From: Monocercomonoides exilis PA203
Lineage: Eukaryota; Protista; Preaxostyla
Reading direction: 5' to 3'
Length of the DNA stretch: 64,000 nucleotides
NCBI GenBank assembly: GCA_001643675.2
Contig: LSRY02000011.1
Location: 558,001 to 622,000 of the forward strand
Program-made: the position numbers and the translations under genes
Part shown: piece after piece, positions 63,001 to 64,000 of the stretch
How the letters are laid out: each line of letters begins with the position of its first letter
Numbering within the stretch: the first letter of the stretch is position 1
The notes under the pieces: generated by a model
Seen by the model: only the letters and a program-made list of their open reading frames with translations
Told to the model about the DNA's origin: nothing
The model's database searches: none

Positions 63001-63732
63001 TATTGATGTGCTTTCTATTTTAAACACAGCAATAAATGTTTTTTTTAATTTTCAAACAAAAAAAAAACTGTCAAAAAAAAAAAAAAATGAATATTTAAAA
63101 CAAAAATTATACCGAATGCCAAAACATGAAAAAATTTCTATTGCTTCTTTCTTTCATAAAAAGTTTTGTGATGAATTGAGATATTCAACTTGAAAACAAT
63201 ATTTCTGAAAATGATGTATTTGATATGTTTATAAAGAAATACATGATGAGAAAATTTGTAAAAGAAGTCACAAATTCAGACAATTATAATTTGTTGTTCA
63301 TTTATACCCGATGCAAAGTTAATCTTTGGTGTTAAAGTAATTAGTTATTTTCTGCAAAATGAAATTGAAGTTTCAACAGTGAAATATTTGATAAAGCCAT
63401 AAATAAAACTTTTGGCAAACTCTCATGTACAATGAAATGAAAGAAGAAAAAATATTTTAAAATTGGAGGATCGTTCAAGAAGAAGAAAGAAACACAACGA
63501 AAAAAGACAGGAATACGTAAACATCAGTAAATTACAGAATATTTGCTGAGCAAAGCATGCTGTTAAAAAAAATTCAATCAATTTTTCATTCTCTTTAAAA
63601 AATTTACCAAAAATATAATTATGTCACTCCATGCTTCGCATTTTGTAAATCCGTCCTTTTCTATCTCTTTCTCTTTTCCGTAAAACTGATATTAAAAATA
63701 AAAAAAATAAACTAAACTAAACTTCGTCCATG

Positions 63733-64000
63733 CTACACAGAACTTTTACTGTCAATATCTGAATATCCAGCCTTTGACTTAAAGCAAGGCGAGAAAATAA
63801 ACTTTATTCCATCGACAACCAATCCTGGAAGCATTTTCCAAAATCCAACAAATGGTATAATCTCAATTCCTTCTTTCTTAAGAGCGAATTTCTAAGAAAT
63901 AACAAACAAAACAATTATTAAAAAATGAAATATATATATGCCTTGAAATAAATTGATTATAAAACAAACCCATATTGGAATTCCAGCTGCAAAATAAAGG
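63733..64000 (-). CDS. 3' end of a second M6PR/ATG27-like paralog (continues beyond the window)
   Basis: YFAAGIPIW|KFALKKEGIEIIPFVGFWKMLPGLVVDGIKFIFSPCFKSKAGYSDIDSKSSV*, with the same intron position as the 56328-57311 gene. Confidence 0.8.

Noticed and set aside
1-64000. Alternative genetic code (TAA/TAG = Gln) and RNA genes
   Set aside because: ORFs over 2000 aa are open in the standard code and genes end at TAA/TAG. No tRNA or rRNA-like sequence was recognised.

Overview
AT-rich, intron-containing eukaryotic DNA read in the standard genetic code, with poly-Ser/Asp/Glu-rich proteins. The style and gene families suggest an oxymonad/metamonad such as Monocercomonoides; this is inference, not verified. 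Host genes: two low-complexity coiled-coil proteins, a peptide:N-glycanase with an N-terminal hydrophobic anchor, a ~3100-aa USP deubiquitinase, a Cdc25 phosphatase with a long Ser-rich C-tail, a 2100-aa GGAI/FxxN-repeat surface protein, a multi-pass membrane protein, a multi-exon coiled-coil protein, COP9 subunit 4, and two tandem M6P-receptor/ATG27-like paralogs. The most striking structure is a set of DNA transposons carrying host-gene cargo. (1) A 6127-bp pogo-type (DD35D) element, 14030-20156, has perfect 45-bp TIRs, a TA TSD, an intact transposase and ~3.9 kb of passenger DNA including pieces of the surface-protein family; it sits inside one arm of an older foldback element whose other arm preserves the empty site. 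(2) A matching 378-bp MITE lies at 21559-21936. (3) A 3228-bp non-autonomous hAT-type element, 57415-60642, has 16-bp TIRs and an 8-bp TSD and carries an intron-containing host pseudogene. There is also a near-perfect 1.1-kb palindrome at 61903-63000.
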